From: Syncephalis fuscata S228
Taxonomy: Eukaryota; Fungi; Zoopagomycota
Assembly: GCA_025786725.1 (NCBI GenBank)
Contig: JAHLTZ010000030.1
Location: 186,001 to 250,000 of the forward strand
DNA length: 64,000 nt
Direction of reading: 5' to 3'
Shown here: one piece after another, positions 29,172 to 46,738 of the stretch
Position numbering within the stretch: the first letter of the stretch is position 1
Layout of the letters: the number at the start of each line of letters is the position of its first letter
The notes under the pieces: generated by a model
Database searches by the model: none
Told to the model about the DNA's origin: nothing
Seen by the model: the letters and a program-made list of their open reading frames with translations, nothing else
Made by a program: the position numbers and the translations under genes

Positions 29172-30699
29172 TTAATTACTAGATTTAATTTGAATAGAAT
29201 CGGTACATTTCGTTAATAGTGTTTTGGCTGAATCCTTTTTCATTAGCCAATTGACATACACAGCATAAAAATACACTTTTTTAGAGGCAAGAAATGCTTT
29301 TCGCCGAAACGAACCATCAGTACTTCTAATAGAAGAGGCTGCTTTATGAGATGCTAGTTCCAGAATGGTATAGATATCTCCTAGGGCCGCGCTCAGTGCA
29401 CGATAAGATTTGGAAAATAAACAGACCAAATCATTGGAAAATGTAGCCAAGGCATGCGTGGACTGTTTGTATACGTTGGACTAGTTAATATTCATTAGTG
29501 GTTAGACATGTTCTATGTACTAAAGAAAACTTACCTCAGCAATGTGCTGATAGCCATACAGGGTCGCTTCATCTAAACTGGAAAATACGGTGTGTTGTTT
29601 GCTGACTATTAATGGTGCAATATCCATTAGAACAATGGCCGATTCGACAACATCTTCGTGAATATCACCGTTTAAATATCGACAGACAAATACGTATGCA
29701 TATCTGTTACATGTTAATATCCGTCAGCAATATTAGCATCAATTGTTTAGTACTTACAAAACGGGTATGAGATTAAATAAAAGCGAATCGCTTGGTATGG
29801 CAGTGGTAATGTTTTCTAATAATGGTAAATGTTGTAGTGAGCTTGGCCAGCCAGTACAAGCCGATTTACTCGACAATTGTTTTGGAATTGCTGTGTCAAA
29901 TGGTGCATCAATAGCGTCGTCTTCCATTATAACAATGGCCGTCGATTATCATCCATCTCCCACCAAGGATGATACAGTGATACTTGCTGCAATAGCGCTT
30001 CTCTTTCCTCCGAGTCGGCGTGAATAACTCGATGGAAATCTTGTCGTTCCTCTGGTGTCATACAATCCCAAATAGCATCAAACGAGGCCGATTCTAACCA
30101 AATAGCAACACAGCTATATTAATACACAATTAGATATATCTATTTCAATGACTAACCTATCTCTAATCCCTTTAGACGATTGGCTAAATCAGCAACATCA
30201 TCAGCACCATCTTCATGCTTATCTAATCAGTTAACATTCAATTAAATCTTATTTAATATTACCAACGTAGTTGATGTATCACAATTCTAAATACCTTTTC
30301 TAGCGCCTGCTTGTTCTGGCACGTCTTCTTCGATCTGACGTAAGAATGAAAGCATCCGTGTACGCTCCTGATCATTTGCGCGTGTATTCTTTAATTCAGT
30401 TACTAGCTGTTCTTTATAAAAACCTTCAGAGCATGCTAGATGTGCCTATATAAAAATAGTAATTTTGTAAAGCTATCTGTAAAACTATTAAAGCTAGCCT
30501 ACCTCGCCACGATAACAGGTAAGCGAGCAATATGGAAGATTACAGCGTGGACACGTATATCTTGCCGCCTGTATCAAACAACTGACATATTTATATACAA
30601 ATGTATAGTAATTAGCAAAATTACAAATGCATGCAGGGATCTATTATTAAACAATACTTACACGCCACAAGAGCTATCGGGAATCTGCACAGAATCCAT
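29172..30699 (-). CDS. HIT-type zinc finger protein (ZNHIT2-like), multi-exon
   Basis: Spliced N-terminus MDSVQIPDSSCGV-CLIQAARYTCPRCNLPYCSLTCYRGE-AHLACSEGFYKEQL is a zf-HIT domain followed by the ZNHIT2-type CSE.FY motif. Confidence 0.85.
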
Positions 30700-32060
30700 A
30701 AGAGTTGGTAGCTTGCCAAGTAAGAAGTGTATATTGGTTAATAACAGGAATAAAAATAAAAACGCTATTGCAAAAACATATTATTTAAATTAAAAAAGCT
30801 TTTTGTTTTTTTTTATTTATTTACCTATTTCATCTTATTTTTTTAATACTTTTAGACACAATTGAGCACTTATCCATTACTATTCCATGTGCATTATAAC
30901 ATGTATAATATTACATCCAACATTAGTTGATTCATGTGTAATTATCAGTAAAATAATGTAATTAATTAGTTATTTTATTGTTGTTTTAATATATACATTG
31001 TCATTTATGATATTAATTGTTTAAAATGCCATTTATTTAGTCAGATTGGCTATAGGAAAAGTGGCTGTTTAATAAACGACTTTTATAATAATTATATTAA
31101 TTTTGATCTCTATTTTATTTAACTATGTTTATTATTTAGCCCCATTTTAAAGCTATGGGTTCCAAAGTTCAATAGTTTTAGATGTAGTTGTGATGGTGTA
31201 GATTATACGTAAAGTAAGAAGAAAGAATGGCATCTTACTAAAAATAAACTTTAACATTTATAAGCTCTGTCAGGGACTAATTTAAAGTACCGTGGGAAAA
31301 TACTTGCATAAATCTTTTTACTCAGTTATTTTTGTAAAACTAACTATTCGTTACATATCAATTGCTGTTTATTAGTAAGTACAACATATGCGCATTATGG
31401 TATTAGTTGAGGTTGAAATAGCATCTAATAAAATAAAAGGCTTTTTACACTGAATTGTTAAATATTTTGTTGAAATGACCTACAAGTATAAAAAGAATAA
31501 AATAATTGCGATTATTGAATATAATTATTATAATATGCAAATATGGATCAAGTAAACAGAAACAAAATAGAAAAGGAGCAAATCACATAATAATTTGATG
31601 TACAGCATGACAAACAAGCAACAGGAGCAATAAATAATGACATGGAATTGCATTCATATGGCTTTATTAATATTCAATCAATCTTTCTACGTGTGGCCAA
31701 CAACAACAATAATAATAATAATCGGCCTCAAATGTTTCAAAAAATCAAATAGTATGTTACATTGTTTATTCAAATCAATTTATTAAATATTTTAATAGAA
31801 ATCGATATAACTATGTTGCATCATAACGCATGACTTAATTGGAACGAATTTTGCTTTAGAGACTTAAAATAAAGCGCAAAGTAAAATTTGGTCAATATAA
31901 TCTACAGCTTTTGTGTAAACAGCTTTTTACTGTACTAATGTCGTCATTCACCAAGACTATGCAGTGCAAGCATGCCTTGTCGTGTAACTAACGAAGAGGC
32001 ATACCAGTATGCATCTGACGTAGACTTATTCCTCTTACCTTTACTCTTCTTGTCAATACA

Positions 32061-34046
32061 ATGGAAAGCGCTAACAGTGATAGCAATTACACGGCAACAC
32101 AGCCACCGGCACCTGTTATTATTATCGGTGCAGGCCCAAGTGGCTTGCTAGCTGCACTTATATTAACGGAGCTTAATATTCCGGTGGAAATTTATGGTAT
32201 GTATCTACTATTTAGTAAACTGTTTACTGTTAATACTCATAATAAACATACTTTATTAAGACCGTGCATTACAACCAAGTACCTACTGGCGTGCACCTGG
32301 TGTACTTCCACGTACACTAGAAGCATTTGCACGCCTAGGCGTAGTAGACACATTGTTGGAACGTGGTGTGCACATGCAACAAGTAGGCATTTATATTGGT
32401 ACAAAGCGTATACTTGGCAATCGACCGCGAACAGCACGGACAGAGTATCCGTTTGTGCTTTCTGTGCCACAAACAGACACAGAAGCAATACTGCGCGATC
32501 GACTTGAGGCATTGAATGTATCCGTGCAGTGGGGATGGAGTTTTGTTGATTATAGTATGGATCAGGACAACGTTACGGCAACATTACAATCTGTGGTCGA
32601 TATTGATACACTACGACAAACACAAGGCTGTTATATTATCGGCTGCGATGGATCTCAAAGTGCAGTACGTAATGCCATTGGGGCGGGTTTTAGTAAAGAT
32701 GTGCCATCTAAAAAAATGATCGGTGCTGATATACTGATGAAAGGCGATTGGAATACAATGCGGTGAGTTGATAATACTAGCTATCATTGTTAGTTGACTA
32801 TAGCTGATTCATTGGTATTTAAAGTATATACTGGCATCCTAACGGTGCATTTGGTATTGTTCCAGTAGGTAATGATCGTTATCGAGCATTTACCAAACTA
32901 CTACCATCAATGGAAAAAACACCAGAGGCATTTGTTAAAATAATGCAGGAACGGGTTGCACCTACTGAAGTGCCCAATATAAGTACTATGACAGTTGCTG
33001 TGTTTACTGTGTTTGATCAAGTGGCGCAACGATTTCGATCTACCGACGGCCGCGTATTTCTATGCGGAGATGCGGCTCATGTACAGGATCCGGTTGGTGC
33101 TCAAGGTATGAATTCAGCCATTGGTGATGCGGAAAATCTTACTTGGAAACTTGGCTTGGTAATTCGTGGCATGGCACATGAGAATCTATTAATGACGTAC
33201 GAGGATGAGCGCAAACCATTTGTTGTCCAATCTATTAAAAATGCACCGGCGTTTGGCTCATTTGCTCAACGACTTCCAAACTTTCTACAGCGATGGGGAC
33301 TCCGCCTTTTAGGCTTTTTATTCGATTCTTTGCCTCGTAACGTACGGCGTGTCGGCTTTGAGCGATCGGCGCAGTTAAGCTATCGTTATAATACACCAGG
33401 CGCTGCCGTCTTACAAGACACTCAGAAATGGACAGCACCCCGTGGATGGCGTTTGTTTGCACGCCAAGTCGACTTATGCGCACCAGGTGCACGCGCTATT
33501 AATAGTACGCTATTGTCATTGACGAGAAAGCAAGCGAATGAAGCTAGCAATGGACTTGACCTTGATCCATGCATTATAACCGACTTCATCAATACAAAAC
33601 AACGTTTGCACGACTACCAGCGAGAATATATTGGGCAGTTTATTGCACTAGTGTTTATAGATGAACAATTGCTAAATAACGAGTTAATGGATTTACTTGC
33701 AACGTTTGTAAACACTTTGCAAGCACATTTATCGGCAGTTGCGCCACCGGCTATTGTATGCCGTGGAATGTCGGATGTTAAGACCATGCTATCAGCAGCA
33801 ACTCAAATCTATGATCGCTTTAGCCGCGACGAAGTTCGCGTGCTAATTGATCAAGCACAAGCAGAGCAATACGATCGACTTACAATGACACAGCTCTACA
33901 ATGGTGATATCGTTAAGGCGCCGGCCGTCTATCTTATCCGTCCAGATGCTTATATTGCTTGTCGTACGCTTTTATCAACAGCATCCGATCGTTTTGTTGA
34001 ATATTTAACGAATTTTTTGGCGGTAGGATCGATCGGTACAGTTTAA
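32061..34046 (+). CDS. FAD-dependent monooxygenase (FAD_binding_3, aromatic hydroxylase type), 3 exons
   Basis: [42 protein letters not shown]-terminal LIRPDAYIA. Confidence 0.92.
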
Positions 34047-34341
34047 GTTATATTACATTGCTAGCTACTTAAATATTATTACACATTACGTATTGTCTTT
34101 TTTATTAGCTGAATAAAAATAACCTATTTCCTTTGTAAATATTAATATATTACAATTAGTTGTATTTAATATAATTATTATAAATTGTTTAGTTAGCTGT
34201 TTTATTTATTTCTATTGTTGTTATTAAATAATCTTTTAACCATTTAGTGTGATTTGGGGGTCAAATGACTAAATTTAATAACATTTGCGCAATTAAACTA
34301 CATTTTTGTTCTATTGAACATGGGACAAGTGGTGAGTTTTA

Positions 34342-35350
34342 TTTAATCACCACATCATCACACTTATTGCTTTTTGGTGGTCAAACGACTAAATTTGATA
34401 ACATTTGTCGTATTAGCGAAGGAACTGAGCGAGTAAACCGAGTTGGAAATTATCCAGTCGCGGAGTATTCTGTAGACATCACATACTCTCACGACCACGT
34501 AATTCGTAAAATAATCGGCCGCATTTGGTCAGCTTATCTTATTTTACTAATCCAGCAATAGTTTGAAAGCTATTCAGCCATTCTAATAAATCTTGTTTGT
34601 CGTCTAACTTTTCAATATCCATTTTTGGTAGCCTTGCTAATGGCGCTGATTTTCCTATCAGCGGAGTACTGCTTTGGAGTGTAGTTAAGAGTATGTTTGT
34701 TTGAATACGAAAAACTGAATTTAAAACAAACCAAACCAAACCCTACTCCTCGAATGCTTTTATTAATATAGGTATAGGTAAAACCGCTAGTTTATATGTG
34801 TCTATGTACTCCGCCACAGGAGCATCATTGCTACGCTGTCAACTAATTCATTATCGGCTATTGATTCAAAGGCCGTCGTCGGTTGGGGAACACGACTAGG
34901 AGTAGTTATTGTTAGATTATTAAAACCCGTCATGGGCGTAGGGGCTATAACTCTGTGCGTTGGAGCAATTGTCGGCAGAACAGTACCGGGTGTTTGTAAA
35001 GTATACCTGGGGACAGGTGAAGCCAAAGGTAAGATAGCACTTTGATCATTGCTTAGACGTTGTAACGCGTAGTTTAATGCAATAGCTATTTGTGCGCTAT
35101 TAGCTGTTGATAAAAAACCGGCGCGTTGTACTAAGGTGTTGACAAAGCTTTCTGTTACCAAGTGTACTACCGGTGAAGTAACGGATGGTAATGAGTTAAG
35201 TGCCGGTTCAGGAGTTGTTGGAACTGGTACCTTAGATTAATTGCTTGGTGTCACGTTGGATCGATTATCAACCTCATCATGTTCGTCAGTAGGTAAGGCA
35301 ATTGCCGCAGCAGCGCGTGTCAGTAAGCCGAGTCTATTTTTAGAGGTCAT
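34342..35350 (-). pseudogene. Disrupted ORF, possibly a Gag-like retroelement remnant
   Basis: Coding-like reading with stops/frameshifts; LPKMDIEKLDDKQDLLEWLNSFQTIAGL resembles Gag capsid N-terminal segments; no RT or LTR seen. Confidence 0.3.
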
Positions 35351-38300
35351 TTGTTTTAGATGATAGGCTAAAAATGAAGTTTGGTAATAAAGGATCAAAT
35401 AAAGTAAAATGTGTTTGTAATACTAGTATCTACTGGTACGGGAGTGTACAAACAAGCAATGATTATCTGACGTTGCCTAGGTCCTCCACCAATTGTCGTA
35501 TTAGTGGAGGAGCCGGGGGGGGAGTGGCGGAGCTAGTTCGACAATAGAAGCGTAAAGCACTAGTGTAACAAGTGGTAACAACTTTCTTGTTACGATAAAC
35601 CAAGTGTCAGAAGTACAACAATATTAGTTATACCACCTTCATTGCACTTATATAAAGAATAGTGGTATATAACTGATAACCCCTGACGATCCCTGACGAT
35701 CCTTTAACTATTTCCGTATCAGAAAATAGTGCATTTAACGTGTCAACATAATAAATTTACTAGCGAATATCACCACTGTAAAATAGTAAACAATAAACAC
35801 AAATAATAAAAAGCATTATTTATTTTTATTCACCATGTTGTGTTTACGGGTGTTACAACTAGTATATTGGTTTATGTTTTGGGCGCAATAGTTAGAATTA
35901 AAATTCTATTACTTTCTTAACAATATTCAGTTCATCGTATTTATATTGAATATTTGAACTCCGTACCACTAGTACCATCAATCCATTGAATCCATGTCCA
36001 ACGCCACAACATTCAATTTATTAAACATGACGAAAGGTGATGAATGACATCAGGGATTAAAATATTTATTAACATAGATTCATTATCCAGCACGCTTATA
36101 TCTAACATTTACTTGTATTATTCTTCTATTACCCCATACAATTATATATCAGTTTATAACATACTAGCCACATTCTGGTTATTATATGCAGCAACACATT
36201 TCACTCATCCAACTATTACGCTGTACATTCACTAAATTGTATGATGTTTATTGTGTAGCGCATAAGAGTTATGCAATGCCATTATTGTTTTGATTTCAAA
36301 TCTATTATTAAACAAGTGCTCTTTATGTTTTAGTGCTTTTGGCATCGGAAAGGCGCTGTAGCATTAACACCATTTGTGCAGGCGCTTGAATGGCCATATT
36401 AGTACACTGTACCTTTAGTACTGTAGATTTGACATAGATATTATATACTTTATATTTATAGAGTGTTGTTATATATTGTTATACAGTATATTGGCCACAC
36501 TACATCGATTGGCGTTGTCCATTTTACCCTAGCTTTATCTTTAAAGTTGGCCACTTATTCCAGCACGATTATTATGGCCATCACAAACAATGTACTTCTT
36601 ACTAGTCATTATAGCATATTTTATTCACTATTTACTTTTTTTGTATTATTTCTACGTGTTTATTTATATTATAATACAATTGCTTCAATTCCCTTGCTTT
36701 ATTTTATTTGTTTTACTTCAACTAATACTGTATTGCCACTACATTTCTCTTTTATGACACATTTCTAAACGGTAATAGCCACGAGTCTGGCGGTTTTTTT
36801 GCTTAACTCTGACCCGGAATATATAGATTTACAGTCCCCCATTGGGTCATTTCCGGCTGACCTTGCCATTACTGTGGATACGCATTGTTTTGCTTGATCA
36901 ACACCAAAGCCATTGCTAATTGACAATTGCCGGTTTGTCTAGCAGACGGTTACAATAATTCGATTTGTTAATAATTAGCCTGGTGCAAAAATAAACATGA
37001 TTTTGGATAGAGGAAAGATGGGCGATCATAGAAAACATAAAAAGCGGTGTCAAAGCTACAGTGTGTATAGTGGAATGAGTATAGCAAGTATATTAAACAT
37101 ATAAACAATAAAATGTGTCTAGTGTATCGTAGAATGATACATAGTAGTGTGGGACAGAATGGGAATGATATAGGTAAATGGTGGATATATGCATACTGGA
37201 TAACGAATCTACAATGATGAGTATTTGATGACTGATGTCACTCACCACTAAATCACGCTAAATTAAACGATTAAATATTTTCCATTATAGATTTATTATC
37301 CAGTACACATGCATAATTTATACAATAATATCATTCCATTGTGTACGCATACTATTATATATTATTATATAATATAATATACATATCATGTTCATTATAT
37401 GCTTTAATACACTTCATTTATCCTACTTATTGAGTTGTATGCACTATAAATCCAGCATAGCTATGCACATTACTATATACCATTTTCTATTTGTTTGGTT
37501 CCACTTTATTTAAAGTTACCTTTTTTTGCTAATTTATTAATAATAGATTGGGCACATCAAGTTCATTGCGTTGTCATGTATACTATAATTTCACTACTGG
37601 TGTTTACGTACTTCTTATTCACAATGTTTATTTCCTTATACTGTTCTATATCTTTTAACATAAATAAAATAAAAAACCATATACTATAGTTTATAAATTA
37701 CGTATATTATCTCATTGCTACTTTAAAGTTTGATCATAAATCAACCTATTGGTAAAATTGTTGTGATGTTTAGTAGAAATGCTACACAGTATTATTAGTC
37801 ACCATTGAAAAACAACGTCATCGCTTAAACTTACTTTTAATCCCGATGCTTATGATGTAAATAGATGTTAAAGAGCATCAATTGTTTAATTGGCCAAATT
37901 GCATGAATAAATAAAAAGCATTATGCTAACTTACCGCTGCATCACAAGTCAACTGCTAAAAAACAAGCGGCATGAATTGTGCACTATTTTTGTTAAAATT
38001 GTTATTGCATATTTCCAAATGCGGATGCTGTGACGGGTGTTTATTTTCCGCTACAGCCATTAATTAGCTGTAAACGGGTCGGATCGGAAGCGTACACCTA
38101 TTAACCTGTCGGAAGCGCATTATTTTCGACAAATATCCGGTCAACGCTCAACAAATTAAGCAGTCAGAAGGCAAAGGGCCAGCTTGTTCGAAAGATGTTT
38201 AGAAGATGTAGAGCGCGTTAAATTGTAAAGAGTACAATTTTAGCAATAAACGCTCAAATGCTACAGGCAGTGTTTATCGCTCATTGGCATTAATAAATAG

Positions 38301-38454
38301 AGCCTAGTGATAACACGCGGATTCTTTCCAAGTAAGCTAATTCTTTATTTCTTCAATTTGTATATGCGTGATTATCTAATAATCACTAGCAATAAGCATA
38401 GTATTAATTGCAATTTCGTCGACGTAGTAAGATAGTTATAACTCAAACAAAAGC

Positions 38455-40683
<2,229 letters not shown>

Positions 40684-41545
40684 TCATTACTATTAAGCTA
40701 TTATCATTATTATTATTATCACTTATCATTTATTATCAATAAAATATTATTATTAACGTCATTGAACTACAGTATTAAATTATTATTATTTATTAAATAT
40801 TACAGTGTCAATATCAAAGCACATTATGTTTTCTTGCGCCACATTCATATCAATCCTTTCTTTTTTTTACACAGTAAAGCTTACTTTTATTCAAGTTTGT
40901 CATCAGGCCAAGAACCCTGCGAAAGTACCTTATTTAGTAAGTGTATTAATAATATTTAATTCAAATATTACTACTAACTAATTAATTAACATTCATAAAT
41001 AACTAGCTATATACATAATTTGAGTAAAATGACAGGCCATTTAATCTATTTTGTTTGTATATTTATTTTGATACTATGTATTATTATTATTATTGTTATT
41101 ATTACAATATAATATCACACTTCAATATAATTTTGTACAGAATAGATATATATCAAGCATTTGTATATATTCAACGTGTGATTTATTGCGCAAAATGCTA
41201 ATGCTGTTTAAAATATACGGCTAAGTACAAGCTCTTTCAATCATCATTGTCGTTAATAATAGTTTAGTGTAACTATACAATTTGCTGATACTAAATACAA
41301 ATATTATTATTTACATTAATTCTGTGTTTTATTACTATTATTTCCAAGCATTATTCTATCTATTAGTTGAAATGTGGTAATTGTAAACAACTAGTAAAGT
41401 TATTTGATGTCACTTATTATTATCATTATGCAACCATTAGATATAGTTGTATAATTATTATTGTTTCAATATTATATATTTATTTAAAATAGTTAATAAA
41501 TATTTAATATATTCAATTAAACAAAGTTTATTTGTATTGATTCAT

Positions 41546-42584
41546 TCATTTTTTCGACGATGGTGATGACGCTTTCTCTGCTGCCACGTTAAGTAGCAAC
41601 GTATCGGCGTCTAGCATTACTCGATTGTTTGAACGCGAAATAATATGCGCAATGTCGCGGGCCGCATCAATCTTACGTAGTGCAATGAATCCGGGCTTAT
41701 CTTTAATAGCATCACCAATCAATTCGGCCGATCGTGCCTCACCATCTGCCTTAACAATCGTCGCTTGTTTATCTTGTTTCGCACGTTCGACGACAAACAT
41801 CGCCCGCTGTGCATCTTGCTGCGCAATTTGCTTCGCCTCGACAGCATGCGTGAATTCGGGACTGAACGTGACGTGCGTAATTGACACATCGTCAAGAACC
41901 ATGTTAAAGCGCAAGGAGCGCTGCGTTAAATTGTCACGCACTAGACGCGATACACGTTCACGTTGCGTAATCAGCTGCGACGCGTTAAACTGCGCCACAA
42001 CACTCTTAAGCACTTCGTTGACAATCGAGGGCAGAACACGCTCATCGTAGTCCTCACCGAGTGTTCGGTAGATGGTTGGTAGTTCTCCAACAATAGGCCT
42101 GCTTAGTACACGACATGTAATGTTGACCATTTGAAGATCTAATACCAATCGTTATGCATTGTATTAAATTTACTATTTTTACGTGTAAAATGCTCTACTC
42201 TTACCTTTTGTACCAGTTAATGAAGAAATATTACGTGGCTTTGCACGTACATCGTAGATCACTGGCGTTTCAACCCAAGGAATGTTGAAATGCGTTCCTT
42301 CCGCGTAGACTTGCTTCTGTACGCCAAAGAATCGAGAATATTTAACTGCTCGCTGACCACCATCAACTACCGTAACCAATTATTGTTAGTTTTAAAGATC
42401 TCGACATTATCACACAGCTACTGGTCTATCATTTTATTTAAACATTAAAACACAACAACTTACCGTTAAATAGACAGGAGTTGATACCAAGACCAAGACC
42501 CGCAAGAGCAATTAACGTACCGCCGCCAGTGAAGAAATGACGGTTAGGTAGTCGATTTTTAAGTTGGTTAAATTGCTGGGCCAT
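41546..42584 (-). CDS. PHB2: Prohibitin-2, 3 exons
   Basis: [67 protein letters not shown]. Confidence 0.96.
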
Positions 42585-43041
42585 ACTGTGATTGTTCGTC
42601 ACTATACTTATTGCATAGGCTAAAAGAAAGAAACGAGGCGTGTACACAGGTGCGGTGACAAGCTGGCTTGTGGTTGTTCTTTGCTGAATAGTATGGTGAT
42701 GGTGCTGGTATTGATGACAATGGCTGTAACTATTTTCATTTCAAAGTGCACTCAATGACGAAGCGATTTTTATTGAATAGAAACTGTCAAATAAAAACTG
42801 TTATAATTTAATAATAAGAAATCAAGTCTTTATTTTTCTTCTTTTCTTGACGAGCACATTAACACTCAGTATTCGTGGGTGGCTTTTTATTTTGTTTTAC
42901 TGCTATTAACACACTTGGTCCATCATTTCAATAGCATTCTTTTTTATACTATTACAACTATTTAAACTAGCTAATATATATATATATACATACATATATA
43001 CATATACAAAGTTTTAAGTAGTCGCACTGAATACGACAACA

Positions 43042-46000
43042 ATGGCAATGATACAACGTTCAAAAAAGAACAGCAGTGACCGACGTCGAGCAAAACGTTC
43101 TAAGGAAGAAAAAGAAATAGATGAGCTTAACAAACGCTATGCCGAGTCGGTAAGTGATATTATAATTAAATATAATATGTAATAATATAGCTAACTAACT
43201 AACTAACGTAACAATGTATAGTTATCACTATCAGAGGTTGTCAAATTCAGTGATGTACCAATATCAAGTAAAACACTACAAGGTAGGTGGCAGAATACAT
43301 TAATATTAATTTATACAATTAAACATTACTGGCTATTTGATAATCTAGGCTTGAATAAGTCAAATTTTGTAGAAATGACGGATATTCAAAGAAAATCAAT
43401 ACCATTGGCATTGCAGAAGCGTGATATTTTGGGTGCGGCTCGTACTGGTTCAGGTAAAACACTGGCTTTTCTTGTTCCGGTAGGTATTATGGTTATTTAT
43501 ACAATTAATATCATTAAATATCATTGTACTGTAAATCTAACAAGTAATTATTGTTCTTATTGAATAGATTATAGAGATTCTTTATCGTGAACGATGGAGT
43601 CAATATGATGGTATTGGTGCATTGGTTATTTCACCAACTCGTGAACTAGTAAGTAGCACTGATGTGTATACAATATTTATTCGCTGTTTAATTAATATTA
43701 TCAAATAATAGGCAGTGCAGATATTTAACGTTTTATGCCAGTTTGGCAAGGAGCATAGCTTTTCGGCTGGTCTGGTTATTGGCGGTAAAGATTTGAAAAC
43801 GGAACAGGAGCGAATTACACGAATGAATATTCTGGTCTGTACACCAGGTCGACTACTGCAACATATGGATCAGACACCAAATTTTGACTGTTCTCGTCTT
43901 CAAATGCTTGGTAAGTAGTGGTATTGATGAGTATAGCATGAAATGTATGTATTAAATGGATACTGACTGTGTGTGCATTAGTACTTGATGAAGCTGACCG
44001 TATTTTGGATATGGGATTTGCAAAAACATTAAATGCTATTATTGATAATTTGCCAGCGGAACGACAAACTATGCTATTCTCTGCAACACAAACAAAGTCT
44101 GTTAAAGATCTGGCACGGCTTAGCTTAAAGGTAATTAGTTTATATGTGTATAATAGTAATAGTATCAATAACTTATAATATATAGAATCCTGAGTATGTG
44201 GCTGTACATGAGCAATCTGAATTCAGTACACCAAAGCAGCTACAGCAACACTACATGGTAACCGAGTTGCAATCTAAGCTAGATATGCTCTATTCCTTTA
44301 TCAAAACACATTTACAATGTAAAGCATTAGTATTCTTTTCCAGTTGCAAACAAGTAAGTGTGGCATTTAATTAATCATTATGCAATTGTAATATTTATTA
44401 ACAGTTTTGTTATTATTACTAGGTGCGATTTGCCTATGAAACGTTTTGTAAACTTCAACCTGGTGTGCAAATAATGCAACTCCATGGAAAGCAAAAGCAA
44501 CAAAAGCGTATTGATATTTTTTCACAATTCTCTCGTTCAAAGCATTCATTTCTATTCTGCACGGATATTGCCGCTCGTGGACTTGATTTCCCTGCTGTTG
44601 ATTGGGTCATCCAAGTAGATTGTCCCGAAGATGCTGACACGTATATTCATCGAGTTGGTCGTACAGCACGCTATGAATCAGTGGGACGTGCACTACTGTT
44701 ATTGCTACCATCAGAGGAAGCAGCAATGGCCGAATTATTAAAGCGAAACGTGTGCCCATTGAAAAGATTCGGGTAAAGCAAAGCCGTAAACAAGTGATTC
44801 AACAACAGATGCAGGCATTCTGTTTCAAAGACCCCGAGATTAAATATCTAGGCCAAAAGGCATTTGTATCTTATGTGCGATCAGTCTATTTACAAAAGAA
44901 TAAGGACATTTTTGATGTCAATGCACTGCCACTAGAAGAATTTGCATCATCATTTGGTCTTCCAGGCGCACCACGAATTCGGTTTGTTAAGGTTAGATAA
45001 AAATAGAACTGTGGAAATGATACCGCACACATATTCAATATACAAATAACTAACACGCTGTATAATTTAGAAATCAGATGAAAAGAACGTACCACGACAG
45101 GCACAAAAGCCAATCAATATACCCGAAATGAATGATGAAGATGATGACAATAGTGACGAAGATAGTGGTAAGGATAGCGACGCAGAAGAGTCTAGTGATG
45201 CTGCTAGCAAGGAAGATGAAAGTGAAGACGAGAAGGTGGCAGAGAAGCAAGTAAGTAAATGACTTTAGATAAGCTATAATGGCTATAAACGTATACTGAT
45301 GCTTATTAAAAATAATCAGCGTCCCAAGACAAAAATTGAAAAGATGTTTCTTCGTAAAAATCAATCTATTCTTGCTGATCATTATACTCGTCTTGTGAAT
45401 CAAGAAGATGACAAAGTGGCTGCGGTGTCTGCCGCTAAGCTTACCGATGCATTGGCCGATGCTGACGGTGATGACGAATTCATGACGCTTAAGCGTGTCG
45501 ATCATGACTTGGATGATAGCACACCGGAACTGATAGAAGCTCAATCGAAGCGCAGTATGCGTAAAACAAAAAAGGATATTGCTAAAAATGCACCTCGTGG
45601 AGAGAAACTGTTATTCGATGATGAAGGCGAGGTATGTAGATTATTGTTAATATATATATCAAACATGTAATTAATCTTGATATATGTTAATTTGTGAAAT
45701 GATAAAATAGGCCCATCCTGTATATGAGTTTGAAGCATTGGATGACTTTATGAAGGCAGGAGATGTGACAGAAAAGCAAAAGGCATATGTAGAGGAGAAT
45801 TTGGCAGCTATGCGCGATGCCGATGCAACCGATAGACAAATGGCTCGCGAGAAACGACGTGAGAAACGTTTAAAGCGAAAGCTACGTGAACAAGAGGAGG
45901 TAAGTTGGAACATCTTAAATATTACTATGCAACGACTAAGATAAATGTGTACTTTAATAGGCAAATAACAATGAAGATGATGATAAATATGTAGTTCAGC

Positions 46001-46210
46001 TAGGTGGCATTTCTGATGAAGGTGAGGCTGACTCCGGATCCGACGAAGGTCATTTTGGAATGGCACAAATATCAGATACAGAGTCTAAAAGAACGCTAAA
46101 GGACCAGTTTTCACAAGAAACAGAAAGAGAGCCAAATTGGTTGAAACAGAAGAGCCTACAACATTGGCCGAGCAAGAAAGACTGGCGCTGCAGTTGCTAG
46201 GCATTTCATA
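43042..46210 (+). CDS. DBP4: DEAD-box RNA helicase Dbp4/DDX10, multi-exon
   Basis: [65 protein letters not shown]; one frameshift near 44745. Confidence 0.95.
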
Positions 46211-46414
46211 ACATTTATTGCTTTATATCTACCCTTCTTCTTGCTTAATTACCAAAATGCAGTAATAATAATACTATTGAATAAAATAATATTTAAAACA
46301 CATTTAATAGCTCGGTATTAGCACTAAAGAATAAGTAATTTGCAAATATTTTTAATTAGCATTGCCACTAAAGAATAGGCAGTATAAATCTTTTTAAAAA
46401 TAAAGTTTATTAAA

Positions 46415-46738
46415 GGGGGAAATTTCAAATACATCGTTTTTAAATTACTAAATTATTAATTCAATTGTTTTCGTCTATATCACACCTCGTCTTTTTGTAA
46501 TGACGTCCATCACAGTCTAAACACTTTTTAACGATATGTTTTTTATAGTTGTTTTATTAGCGGTTTGTATTTGCTTTTTAATAAAAAACGTTTATTTCAA
46601 CATTAACTACTGTTTCGACATGATTAGTGCTAATTTTTACAAAGCATATTTTTGTATTGTGTTTTTGAGCTGCATTTACCACAAATATATTGTTGAAAGT
46701 CTTTTGGCAAATAAAACACGATTAGCATTGCTGTTGTT
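46415..46738 (-). mobile_element. Left part of a second copy of the MULE-like element
   Basis: Begins with TIR-like GGAAATTTCAAATACATCGTTTTTAAATTAC and is collinear with 11958-12310; minus strand gives YICGKCSSK-HNTKIC zinc knuckle across a 1-nt shift. Confidence 0.7.

Noticed and set aside
36766-37000. Coding-looking minus-strand stretch (..QCVSTVMARSAGNDPMGDCKSIYSG..)
   Set aside because: No intact start or signal peptide; cannot support more than a possible gene fragment
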